Source of the DNA: Eimeria praecox
Lineage: Eukaryota
Reading direction: 5' to 3'
Length of the DNA stretch: 64,000 nucleotides
Assembly (NCBI GenBank): GCA_963920595.1
Contig: OY986948.1
Span: 2,232,001 to 2,296,000, forward strand
Below are positions 1-12,559 of the stretch, one piece after another (position 1 is the first letter of the stretch; each line of letters begins with the position of its first letter). The position numbers and the translations under genes were made by a program. The notes below the pieces were generated by a model that worked only from the letters and a program-made list of their open reading frames with translations, did no database searches and was not told where the DNA came from.

Positions 1-382
1 AATCCATACGCATAAATCGTGAATACCAAAGGTCCCCAACACCAAAATCTAACAGCCCAAGTTGCACTACACAACTGCACAGATAACACCGCGGCTTCCA
101 AAGCGCACTGGCTGAAAAGCAAAGGCGCCATCCCCAGGAAGTTAATTCATGAAGCAAGCCTAGATAGTTCACTTTCTCGGCATCCATCCCCACACGCTTG
201 CCAGTGGACACCCAATATCGGCATGCTATATTAGCATATACAGCACATCTCCGTACACCTTAAGTGCACTAAATCTTTCCTCGCACCGCAGGGGGCATGG
301 GCATACTCCCTAGCTGCGTGACGCACGTTCTGTTGTCCTATAGCTTCAATCCATATTCCTCGATACAGCCCAGACTTGATCT

Positions 383-590
383 CCACAGATGCTTAATGCA
401 ACACCCAATGCTCTAAACCATCTGTGATGTTCCTAGCGTGCCCGCACACAGCCGAATTTCCAAACACCTCACATGCCCAGACTTGTTTTCCACAGATGCT
501 TAATGCAACACCCAATGCTCTAAACCATCTGTGATGTTCCTAGCGTGCCCGCACACAGCCGAATTTCCAAGCACCTCACATGCCCGCTGC
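383..590. repeat. Local tandem duplication (~105 bp unit) inside module A copy 1
   Basis: CCACAGATGCTTAATGCAACACCCAATGCTCTAAACCATCTGTGATGTTCCTAGCGTGCCCGCACACAGCCGAATTTCCAA occurs at ~383 and ~489; the A copy starting at 2261 has it once. Confidence 0.9.
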
Positions 591-3500
591 ATATCAAACG
601 TGTGCAGCCGCTCTTAACTCTGACCACGGACGCATTCCCTCTAACACGGGCTCCCCAGAAATGACGAGCACACCGAGCATCTATAACGGGAATCCAGTCC
701 AACGTTCACCCCTTCAGCAACCTACGTAAAAAACACTCATCCAGCATCTCTAACCGCCCCACTGACCCTGGCATCCACCCTTCACAAGATAAACAACCTA
801 CGAGACAAAAAATGACCCAGGATCAAAGTCGCAATACGACACTCTCCACGCAATCCACAAAGATGCAGCACATACTAGTCATATATGCCACTGCTCCCCT
901 CCTCCCCCTCCCCCCATGCAGCAGGCTCAATAGGAAAACATCAGTTGGATCATACACTCTACTCCCGCCCTGGCAAGGCCAACATACCAACCCCTAACAT
1001 GCACTCATTAGCAATTAAAAACCTATCCGTTAAACCTAACCTCCCCATGCATCCCAATATTAACCCCGAACGAGATGGGCCAGCCACCGTGATCCTCATC
1101 AAGCAGCCCGACACAGCGCATCCAACGCACTCCACAAAGATCCAACGTGCATCGACAATGCATTGCACGTCTCTAACCAGCAGAGTCGCTACCCCCAAAT
1201 CTACCAAAACACATAACTCTGCTCAACCAAAGAACAGACCAAAACGCACGTCCTGTGGCCCAACACTCAATCTCGAACAGCGAAATCCTGTAGAATCGAA
1301 CCTATATAGCGTGCCCAAATACAATATCCACCCCAACACAAACATTCCATAAAATACGCAACGGGAACCACAATCAGCTCCCCTCAAATACGTCGTACAA
1401 GGCAATAAGCGTACTCAAAGCACATACACAGCTGCTTCTCCATTACAATTCGTTCATAAATGCTGCATTGTCACAGCGCCAAGCAATAACACAATCGCCC
1501 AGCCCACCCAATCAAAACACTTAAACCTGCAAAATTCTGTATACAGCAACGCCAATCGTAAGCAATGGGACAAAATATGCCAACCTCTATCATACACAAA
1601 GTAGATAGAGACCACAAAAGCGTTGTTTGCCAGAGAACCCATCAAAGCTCACCCCACAATGCAGAAGAACATTAAGAATGTCATAACTCCCTATCGGACT
1701 GTTCCTCTACAAGCAGCGGAAACCCAACACCGACATTAGCAGACGCCCCCAACCAAACGATCCACCAATGACCTGACACTCTAGCAGCCAAACCCACTCC
1801 CTACAAATTAAAAATACGAAAATAATAATTGACCGGGCTCACTGATCCCTATAGCCGCCATACACAAAATATATAGCCCTCAATACACCACAATGCTTGT
1901 CAAACGCCCCACCATAGTGAATCCAATCGAAAAAAAGAAGCCGCATTGCCCTGAAGTACCCCTATCCTCCAGCCGGCACAGTCAAGTCGCCTCACGCTAA
2001 CAAGCATCCGCACCCAAAACCTCCACACAACTCCGCCAATCAACCTTTAACACGCACTTCCTACAAATCACACGCGCACCGAGCACCTCTAGACGGAATT
2101 CAGTCCAACAATCACCCCCTCATCATCATACGCAAAAAACACTCATCGAGCAGGCCAAAACCCCCACACTGTCCCTTAACGCCAACCCCCCCACAAGATA
2201 AACAATGGACAAGAGAAAAAATGACCCAGGATCTAATTCGCAATACGACACTCCCCACGTAATCCATACGCATAAATCGTGAATACCAAAGGTCCACAAC
2301 ACCAAAATCTAACGGCCCAAGTTGCACTACACAACTGCACAGATAACACCGCGGCTTCCAAAGCGCACTGGCTGAAAAGCAAAGGCGCCATCCCCAGGAA
2401 GTTAATTCATGAAGCACGCCTAGATAGTTCACTTTCTCGGCATCCATCCCCACACGCTTGCCAGTGGACACCCAATATCGGCATGCTATATTAGCATATA
2501 CAGCACATCTCCGTACACCTTAAGTGCACTAAATCTTTCCTCGCACCGCAGGGGGCATGGGCATACTCCCTAGCTGCGTGACGCACGTTCTGTTGTCCTA
2601 TAGCTTCAATCCATATTCCTCGATACAGCCCAGACTTGATCTCCACAGATGCTTAATGCAACACCCAATGCTCTAAACCATCTGTGATGCTCCTAGCGTA
2701 CCCGCACACAGCCGAATTTCCAAACACCTCACATACCCACTGCATATCAAACGTATGGAGCCGCTGTTAACTCCGACCATGAAAGCGTTTCCTTCAGTAC
2801 AAAACGCGTGCACCCCAGGACTTCCCATTATAGTACTGGCTCTCCAACACATTACTGGCAAAGGCAATAAGGCCGGGCCTGTGAAGCAAGGATATGATGA
2901 GGTGCAAAGAGGAGGCTCTCGTCTGGTCCATGATATCGCCATCTTACGCCTGACAACCGGAACCCACGGTCGCTCACAATAACACTAAGAGGAACTTTTA
3001 TCGTACAATCCAGCCACGCACTGTCTGCAATTTGGGTAGTTGACCTACGGCAGTAGCACCGGTATTGACAGTCGCAGCAAACGGCAGAGTTGCATGCAAT
3101 ACTACGTTGTGCACGCGCCCATTTACATCCCCCCCCGACTATAGCGACTTATGCTACAACTAGTTCAACAGCATCTCCGCGACCTCCCAATCCAAGTATG
3201 GCCTCCAAGGCATTAGCGACCCACATGCTAGAGGCACATTCTCACTCTTAAACCTGCTGAAAGATCCTCGTATCCACTGCGGTGTTCTTCGCAGCCTTGC
3301 TGACCACAGACAACACATGCGGAACTACGCCACCCGCCAGCGCTGCCTTTCTCACCTCCAACGTGAAACTTGTGTCCAACACGGCACTATATTACAATCC
3401 CAAAACCCCAATACACGGCAAATGAGCCAATAACAGAGCTCCTATTGTTCCAATAAATCAGCATGCATCGTGCAGATGTTCCATTCGCGCCTTGCAACTG

Positions 3501-6500
3501 ACTTTCTGAAGATGCAGTAAAAATGAATCCGACTATCCAGCTAAAACAGACACTTCGTACAATCTAGAGCACATCAGCCATATCATCATACCATCCCTAT
3601 CAGCCCCCCCCCGTCTAAATTCGGGCTTCAAAAAGGCTAAGACTGAATCCCCCTGTCAGGACACCAAAGCCATGTATAGCAATTGCACTGCACAGCTCTA
3701 ACCAGCAGAGTCGCTACCCCAAATCCTACCAAAACACATAACTCAGCTCAACCAAAGAACAGACCAAAACGCACCTTCTGTGGCCCAACACTCAATCTCG
3801 AACAGGCAAATCCTGTAGAATCGAACCTATCCAGCGTGTCCAAATGCAATAGCCACCCCAACACAAACATTCCATAAAATACGCAACGGAAGCCAAAAGC
3901 AGCTCCCCTCCAATACGTTGTAGAAGGCAATAAGCGTACTCAAAGCACATACACAGCTGCTTCCCCATTACGCCTCGTTCATAAATGCTGCATTGTCACA
4001 GCGCCAAGCAATAACACAATCGCCCAGCCCACCCAATTAAAACACTTAAACCTGCAAAATTCTGTATACAGCAACGCCAATCGTAAACAATGGGATAAAA
4101 TATGCCAACCTCTATCATACACGAAGTAGACAGCGACCACAAAAGCGTTGTTTGCCAGAGACCCCATCAAAGCTCACCCCACAATGCAGAAGAACATTAA
4201 GAATGTCATAACTCCCTATCGGACTGCTCCTCTACAAGCAGCGGAGTCCCAACATCGACATTAGCAGACGCCCCCAATCAAACGCTCCACCAATAGCCTG
4301 ACACTTCAGCAGCCAAACCCACACCCCACAAATTAAAAATACGAAAATAATAACTAACCGGATCACTTACCCCTATCCCCATCATACACAAAATATACAG
4401 CCCCCAATACACCACAATGCTTGTCAAACGCCCCATCATAGTGAATCCAATCGAAAAAAAGGGAGAAGCCGCCGTACTCCTATCCTCCAGCCGGCACAGT
4501 CAAGTCGCCTCACGTTAGCAAGCATCCGCACTCAAAGCCTCCACACCACCCCGACACTCAACCTTTAACACGCACTTCCTACAAAACAGAAGCGCACCGA
4601 GCAGCTCTAAACGGAATTCAGTGTAACGATCACCCCTCAGCATCATACATATCCTAAAAACACTCACCCAGCATTTCTCACCGCCCCACTCACCCTGACA
4701 CCAACCCGTCGCAGGATAAACAACCTACGAGACAAAAAATGACCCAGGATCAAAGTCGCAATACGACACTCCCCACGCAATCCACAAAGATGCAGCACAT
4801 GCTAGTCATATATGCCGCTACTCCCCTCCCCCCCTCCCCCCCCCATGCAGCAGGCTCAATAGGAAAACATTAGTTGACTCATACACTCTACTCCCGCCCT
4901 GGCAAGGCCAACAAGCCAACCCCCCACATGCACTCATTAGCAATTAAACACCTATCCGTTAAACCTAACCTCCCCATGCATCCCAATATTAACCCCGAAC
5001 GAGATGGGCCAGCCACCGCGATCCTCATCAAGCAGCCCGACACAGCGCATCCCACGCACTCCACAAAGATCCAACGTGCATCGACAATGCATTGCACGTC
5101 TCTAACCAGCAGAGTCGCTACCCCCAAATCTACCAAAACACGTAACTCTGCTCAACCAAAGAACAGATCAAAAGGCATGTCCTCTGGCCCAACACTCAAT
5201 CTCGAACAGGCAAATCCTGTAGAATCAAACCTATCTAGCGTGCCCAAATACAATATCCACCCCAACACAAACATTCCATAAAATACGCAACGGCAGCTCT
5301 CCTCAAATACCTCGTACAAGGCAATAAGCGTACTCAAACCACATACGCAGCTGCTTCTCCATTACAATTCGTTCATAAATGCTGCATTGTCACAGCGCCA
5401 AGCAATAGCACAATCGCCCAGCCCACCCAATCAAAACACTTAAGCCTGCAAAATTCTGTATACAGCAACGCCAATCGTAAACAATGGGATAAAATATGCC
5501 AACCTCTATCATACACAAAGGAGCTAGCGACCACAAAAGCGTTGTTTGAGACCCCATCAAAGCTCACCCCATAATGCAGAAGAAGATTAGGAATGTCATA
5601 ACTCCCTAGCGGACTGTTCCTCTACAAGCAGCGGAAACCCAACATCGACATTAGCAGACGCCCCCAATCAAACGATCCACCAACCGCCTGACACTCTAGT
5701 AGCCAAACCCACCTCCTACAAATTAAAAATACGAAAATAATAATTAACCGGCTCATTTATCCCTATACCCGCCATACACAAAATATATAGCCCTCAAAAC
5801 ACCACAATGCTTGTCAAACGCCCCACCATAGTGCATGCCATCGAAAAACACGGGGCAGTCGTATTCCCCTAAGGTACTCCTACCCTCCAGTCGGCACAGT
5901 CAAGTCGCCTACGTTAGCAAGCATCCGCACTCAAATCCTCCACACCACCCCGACACTCTAACATTAACACGCACTTCCTACAAAACAGAAGCGCACCGAG
6001 CAGCTCTAAACGGAATTCACTCTAACGAGCACCCCCTCACCATCATACATATAAAAACACTCATCCAGCATGTCTAACGAGAAAAAATGACCCAGGATCA
6101 AAGTCGCAATACGACACTCCCCACGCAATCCACGAAGATGCAGCACATACTAGTCATATATGCCGCTACTCCCCTCCCCCGCTCCCCCCCCCATGCAGCA
6201 GGCTCAATAGGAAAACATTAGTTGACTCATACATTCTACTCCCGCCCTGGCAAGGCCAACATACCAACCCCCAGCATGCACTCATTAGCAATTAAAAGCC
6301 TATCCGTTAAACCTAACCTCCCCATGCATCCCAATATTAACCCCGAACGAGATGGGCCAGCCACCGCGATCCTCATCAAGCAGCCCGACACAGCGCATCC
6401 CACGCACTCCTCAAAGATCCAACATGCATAGAGAATGCATTGCACTTCTCTAGCCAGCAGAGCCGCTACCCCCAAATCTACCAAAACACATAACTCAGCT

Positions 6501-9039
6501 CAACCAAAGAACAGATCAAAAGGCATGTCCTCTGGCCCAACACTCAATCTCGAACAGGCAAATCCTGTAGAATCAAACCTATCTAGCGTGCCCAAATACA
6601 ATATCCACCCCAACACAAACATTCCATAAAATACGCAACGGCAGCTCTCCTCAAATACCTCGTACAAGGCAATAAGCGTACTCAAACCACATACGCAGCT
6701 GCTTCCCCATTACGCCTCGTTCATAAATGCTGCATTGTCACAGCGCCAAGCAATAACACAATCGCCCAGCCCACCCAATCAAAACACTTAAGCCTGCAAA
6801 ATTCTGTATACAGCAACGCCAATCGTAAATAATCGGATAAAATATGCCAACCTCTATCATACGCGAAGTAGACAGCGACCACAAAGGCGATGTTTGCCAG
6901 GGAGCCCATCAAAGCTCACCCCACAATGCCGAAGAACATTGTCATAACTCCCTATCGGACTGCTCCTCTACAAGCAGCGGAGTCCCAACACCGACATTAG
7001 CAGACGCCCCCAATCAAACGATCCACCAACCGCCTGACACTCTAGTAGCCAAACCCACATCCTACAAATTAAAAATACGAAAATAATAATTAACCGGATC
7101 ATTTATCCCTATAGCCGCCATACACAAAATATATAGCCCTCAATACACCACAATGCTTGTCAAACGCCCCACCATAGGGCAACCCATCAAAAAAAATGGG
7201 GAAGTCGTATTCCCCTAAGGTACTCCTGTCCTCCAGCCGGCACAGTCAAGTCGCCTAAGTTAGCAAGCATTCGCACCCAAAACCTCTACACAACTCCGCC
7301 ACCCAACCTTTAACATGCACTTCCTACAAATCACACGCGCACCGAGCACCTCTAGACGGAATTCAGTCCAACAATCACCCCCTCATCAACATAAAAAACA
7401 CTCATCGAGCAGGCCAAAACCCCCACACTCTCCCTTGACGCCAACCCCCCCACAAGATAAACAACGGACAAGAAAAAAAGTGACCCAGGATCTAATTCGC
7501 AATACGACACTCCCCACGTAATCCACACGCATAAATCGTGAATACCAAAGGTCCACAACACCAAAATCTAACGGCCCAAGTTCCACTCCACAACTGCACA
7601 GATCACATCGCGGCTTCCAAAGCGCAGTGGCTGGAAAGCAAAGGCGCTATTCCAGCTAAGTTAATTCACAAAGAACGCCTAGATAGTTCCTGGGCGTCCA
7701 TCCCGCACAAGCTTGCCAGTGGGCACCCCATATCGGCATGCTACATATACAGCATATCGCCGTACACCTGAACTGCACTAAATCTTTCCTCGCACCGCAG
7801 GCTACGTGTGCATTCTCCTTAACTGTGTGAAGCGCCTGTTTCCGTATAGCTCCAATCCATATGCCTCGGTAGAACCCAGGGTTGATCTCCAGAGATGCTT
7901 AATGCTACACCCAATGCACTAAACCATCTGCTATGCTCCTAGCGTACCCGCACAGTGCCGAACGTTCAAACAGCCCACATACAAACTGCATATCAAACGT
8001 GTGGAACCGTTCTCAACTCTGGCCATGGAAGCATTTCCTTCAAGTACAAAACGCGTGCACCCCAGGACTTCCCATTATAGAACAGCAACTACTCCCAAAA
8101 TTGCTTAAATATCCCCGTATCCACTGCGATGTTCTTCGCAGGCTTGCGGACCACAGACAACACATGCGCAACTACGGCACCCGCCAGTGTTGCCCTTCTC
8201 GCTTCCGCCGTGAAACTTGTGTTCAATACCGCACTATATTACAACCCTAACGTTCCAGAACACGCTGAATCCGCCAATAATACACCTCCAATTGTTGCAA
8301 TAAATCAATATGCATCCTGCATATGTTTCCTTCGAGGCGTGCAACTCACGTCCTGAAGACGCAGTAAAGATGAATCCTACTTTCCAGCTAAGACACACAC
8401 TTCGTACGAACTAAAGCTCTTCAGCGATATCATCATACCACCCCTATCATCCCTCAGCGTCTACAATCGGACTCCAGAAAGGCCAAGAGTGTAACCGCCC
8501 GCTAGGACACCGAAGACACGTATTGCAATTGCACTGCACATCGCTAACCAGCAAGCTCGCAACCCCAAAGTCTAACAAAACACGTAACTCAGCTCAACCA
8601 AAGAACAGACCAAAACGCACGTCCTGTGGCCCAACACTCAATCTCCCACAGGCAAATCCTGTAGAATCAAAACTATCTAGCGTGCCTACATCCAGTACCC
8701 ACCCTAAAACAAACAATCCATAAAATACGCAACGGAAACCAAACGCGCCTCCCCCGAAATACGATGAACAAGGCAACAGGCGTATGGAAAGTACATACAC
8801 AGCGACTTCCCCATTACGCTTCGTTCATAAATGCTGCACTGTCACAGCGCCAAGCAATGGCACAATCGCCCAACCCACCCAATTAAAACACTTAAACCTG
8901 CAAAATTCTGTATACAGCAACGCCAATCGTAAACAATGAGACCAAATATTCCAACGTCCACCATACATAAAGCATACAGCGCCCACAAAAGCGTTGTTTG
9001 CCAGAGACCCCATCAAAGCTCACCCCACAGCGCAGCCAC

Positions 9040-9885
9040 AACTCCCTATCGGACTGCTCCTCTACAAGCAGCCTAGTCCCAACATCGGCATTACCAGACG
9101 CCCCCAATCTACTGCTCCACCAATCGTCTGGCACTCTAGCAGGCAAACCCACTCCCTACAAAATAAAAATACGAAAATAATAACTAATCGGCTCATTTAT
9201 CCCTATGCCCATCATACACAAAACATATAGGCCTCAATACGCGAATGCTTGTCAAACTCCTCATCACAGCACATCCCATCGAAAAAAAAGGAAAAGTCGT
9301 ATTCCCAGTAACAGTAATAAAGCCATAACTCCCTCCCGGACTGCTCCTCTACAAGCAGCTTAGTCCCAACATCCGCATTACCAGACGCCCCCAATCTACT
9401 GCTCCACCAATCGTCTGGCACTCTAGCAGGCAAACCCACTCCCTACAAAATAAAAATACGAAAATAATAACTAATCGGCTCATTTATCCCTATGCCCATC
9501 ATACACAATATATAGCCCTCAATACGCGAATGCTTGTTAAACTCCTCATCATAGCACATCCCATCGAAAAAAAAAGGAAAAGTCGCATTCCCAGTAACAG
9601 TAACAAAGCCATAAATCCCTCCCGGATTGCTCCTCTACAAGCAGCCTAGTCCCAACATCGGCATTACCAGACGCCCCCAATCAAACGATCCACCAATCGT
9701 CTGACACTCTAGCAGGCAAACCCACTCCCTACAAAATAAAAATACGAAAATAATAACTAACCGGCTCATTTATCCCTATGCCCATCATACACCAAATATA
9801 TAGCCCTCAATACGCGAATGCATGTCAAACTCCTCATCATAGCACATCCCATCGAAAAAAAAAAGGAAAAGTCGCATTCCCCTAA
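9040..9885. repeat. Three tandem copies of a ~290 bp sub-unit of module C
   Basis: CTCCTCTACAAGCAGC...CCCACTCCCTACAAAATAAAAATACGAAAATAATAACTAA...CATCCCATCGAAAAAAA repeats from ~9057, ~9344 and ~9629. Confidence 0.9.
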
Positions 9886-10085
9886 GGTACTCCTCCAGGC
9901 ACCAAAGTAGCAAGCATTCGCACTCAAAACCTCCGCACCACTCCGCCAATCAACCTTTAACACGCACTCCCTACAAATCAGGAGCGCATCGAGCACCTCT
10001 AGACGGAATTCAGTCTAACCATCACCCCCTCAGCATCACAGGGAAAAAACATTAACCGCAGCATGTCTGGCCGCCTCCCTGCCCC

Positions 10086-10709
10086 TTAACACCAACCCCT
10101 TACAAGATAAACAATGGACAAGAAAAAAAGTGGCCCAGGATCGAACTCGCAATACCACACTCCCCAAGTAATCCACAAAGATGCAGCACATACTACTGTT
10201 ATATGCCGCCGCCCCCCTCCATGCAGCAGGGCCAAAAGGTAAACATTAGTTAACTCATACACTCTATTCCGGCCCTGGCAAGTCCAACAAACCGGAATGA
10301 AGCACGCCAGACGCCCAAACTGTTTCGAGCCAGATGTCCACAAGAGGTGCCCGGAACACCAACGCACTTCGCAAATCTTCTTTTCATCGTCGTCTTCACC
10401 CTTCCCTCCCGCAGCAAGCCTTCTACGAACCAGTCTTGGCTCAACTGTCTTGTAGCCCCCCATGTTCTTTATACAGTGAACAACAACGAACACCAGACTG
10501 AGTAGAGCAGCCATGAGAGTCACCAGCATGACGGGCTTCGTAATGCGGCCCCCAACGTTTCGTTGCAAATCACCTGTTACAGCTACGCCTGTATGCTGAT
10601 CCAGGGTTGTTGTCTCGACCATCGCACTTTGGCCAAGGTTGAGTTCGGCATTCGCTGCAGAAGCACCGAATGCGGCGAAGCAAAGTGCTATCCACAAACG
10701 ACCGGACAT
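10086..10709 (-). CDS. Signal peptide + transmembrane + RRLA-motif protein (Eimeria-specific family, esf-like); probable exon 1 is 10709-10368 and the 3' end is uncertain or disrupted
   Basis: MSGRLWIALCFAAFGASAANA (signal peptide-like), hydrophobic VMLVTLMAALLSLVFVVVHCI, then RRRLAAGGKGEDDDEKKICE, followed by a GAA|GTGCGT donor-like site at 10367. Beyond ~10290 the unspliced ORF runs through repeat module B. Confidence 0.7.
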   Translation of the reverse strand: MSGRLWIALCFAAFGASAANAELNLGQSAMVETTTLDQHTGVAVTGDLQRNVGGRITKPVMLVTLMAALLSLVFVVVHCIKNMGGYKTVEPRLVRRRLAAGGKGEDDDEKKICEVRWCSGHLLWTSGSKQFGRLACFIPVCWTCQGRNRVYELTNVYLLALLHGGGRRHITVVCAASLWITWGVWYCEFDPGPLFFLSIVYLVRGWC

Positions 10710-12559
10710 TTTAGCGAAGACACGTGCTTAATAGTTAAAACTGCGCGAGAGTGTCCCCTACTCGTTAACGATGAGGTGAAGAAGAATTCCACGAAGTAGC
10801 ACTGCTTTAAAGGATAAATTTGCCACTAACGTTGATGTAAGTGCCTGCGAAAGATATTCAAGGAAGCAAAACCAATGAAAGCATCTGGAAAAACCAACGA
10901 GCCCCAGGCCGCTGTGCGCCTGGTTATCGCTGCGCCATCTTGGGTGCGCCGCACACAGAAACGCTGCCAATACTGGCAGTATCCATTACCAAAAAGAATA
11001 GGAGTATCACGAATTATTATTGCTTTCCATGCATATAAAAACCGCATATTTGCCGTTACTTAGTTACTTCACTCACATGCGGGAAATAAACAGTCCCTTC
11101 TCCCAAGGCCTTGCGGTCTTGTGGGGTTATATGAGACACTGCACGCAGCTGCTGCTTGCAAGAGTCCGCGTGGCCTCACCAGCTGCTCTACTTCCCATTA
11201 TTATCCACTGCGTAGTATCCCGGAAACCCTTTTGGTTACATTCATGATTCCAGTTTCAAGTGAATGGCGCACAGCGAATCTTGGCCGCAAAGTAGACCGG
11301 CGTCTGTCGCCTGCAGCTATGGCTGAACAATTGTCGGCTGCTCAGGATCCTTTAATTCAATGCAGATACTTGAACTCCCCGCTGGTCTGGACGGTTGTAA
11401 ATGTCTCATATATTATATAGAAGGTCCACAAAGAACAATTTGCGGTTAGCCAATGGAGACGCCCTCTCCACTGGGCAACTGGGGTCCCTGGTTGTATTCG
11501 ATGACCCTCAGCTAAAAGGACTCATTGCGCTGCAGTAAGCCCAAATGGCCTGCGGCGGGGGCTCATGTAAAGAAGATTTCTCTCCTCTCCTCTCTCAGGC
11601 GTCCTGGGCTAAGTGGCTCATGGCCTGCGGCAGCGGTGTAGCATGGTCTGTGTAACCCTACTCACTCTCAGGCTGGCTACCGAGCGCCATAAGTGGTTGC
11701 TACAGCTCGCATGAAAGAGGGATTGATTGTGCATGCATGGGGGACTGCCTTGCAACACTAGCTACAGCAAGGTGCATTCCAGCCCATAGCAAGCAGGCCC
11801 GTACCTTCAACTGCCCAGACCCTTGAGCAGGTGTGCCCAGGATAATGGGATGTTCGAGTGGAGGAGGGCTGACTTTTGCGAAATTTCTTCCTGTCTGAGA
11901 CTGTATTGCAGCTCGCGATGATCATCGGCTAAGGTCCATAACACCCATTACACTTTGAACGCCTGACCCTCAGTAGGCAGCCTGCGTGCAAGTAGGTAAG
12001 TGGGTACCAGCATCATGCAGATCATGCCATATATTCCCTCTGCTATTGGCAAGCGGCGGGCGTCTTGTTTGCCTAGTCATTCATGAGAAGGTGTGTCGGA
12101 GAAGGGGTGGCCATCATACCGGAGGATGCCGCTGCTTACCCACTGCTCGCGACAATGGGAAAGCCCACTGGCTTATGCACTGGTCAATGACGGCATTTCA
12201 TGTCTTGCAGAGATTGTTAGATGCTTTTTGTGCGAGTAGCAGAGGGGGAAATGCGTAGGATGCCAGTAGCTAAGTGCAGCACTCAAGGGAGCATGAGCAG
12301 GGCACATTACACCTAAGGGATGGCAGCCCCCAACCCCAAAACAAAAAAGAATAGACGCTTTGTGGACAGCGATGTCCCGATAGCGATGAGTAGGGGATAT
12401 ACCATATAGCGATGAAAAGTGGAGCAGAACAGTACATGGATATGTAGATAGCCTCGTGGTAGGACACTAACCAACGAAAACAGTCACCAAGCATGGATGA
12501 AGCAGCAGATTTAAGCAGCCCTGCATCTCCCCGACTTCGCAGCCGCTGCTACTCACTGG

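Larger units (their letters stand above)
1..10290. repeat. Complex modular (mosaic) repeat array, possibly subtelomeric; continues beyond the left window edge
   Basis: Recurrent blocks: module A (AATCCAyACGCATAAATCGTGAATACC...) starts at 1, 2261, 7520; module B (...GATGCAGCACAT...GCAGGCTCAATAGG...CGAGATGGGCCAGCC) at ~850, ~4780, ~6130 and a partial diverged copy at ~10170; module C (anchor GTTCATAAATGCTGCA at ~1452, ~3977, ~5371, ~6719, ~8823); module D (AAAACGCGTGCACCCCAGGAC...) at ~2800 and ~8048. The ORF track shows the same short ORFs recurring in each copy. Confidence 0.95.

Noticed and set aside
19..9996. Many recurring 60-155 aa ORFs in the array (e.g. MMGSLANNAF...TMQHL, MNTKGPQHQ...)
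   Set aside because: They recur because the DNA is repeated; stops and frames differ between copies and no protein motifs are recognisable.
1..10290. CRISPR-like or prokaryotic system interpretation of the repeats
   Set aside because: Units are hundreds of bp long without unique spacers, there are no cas genes, and the context is a eukaryotic intron-rich genome.
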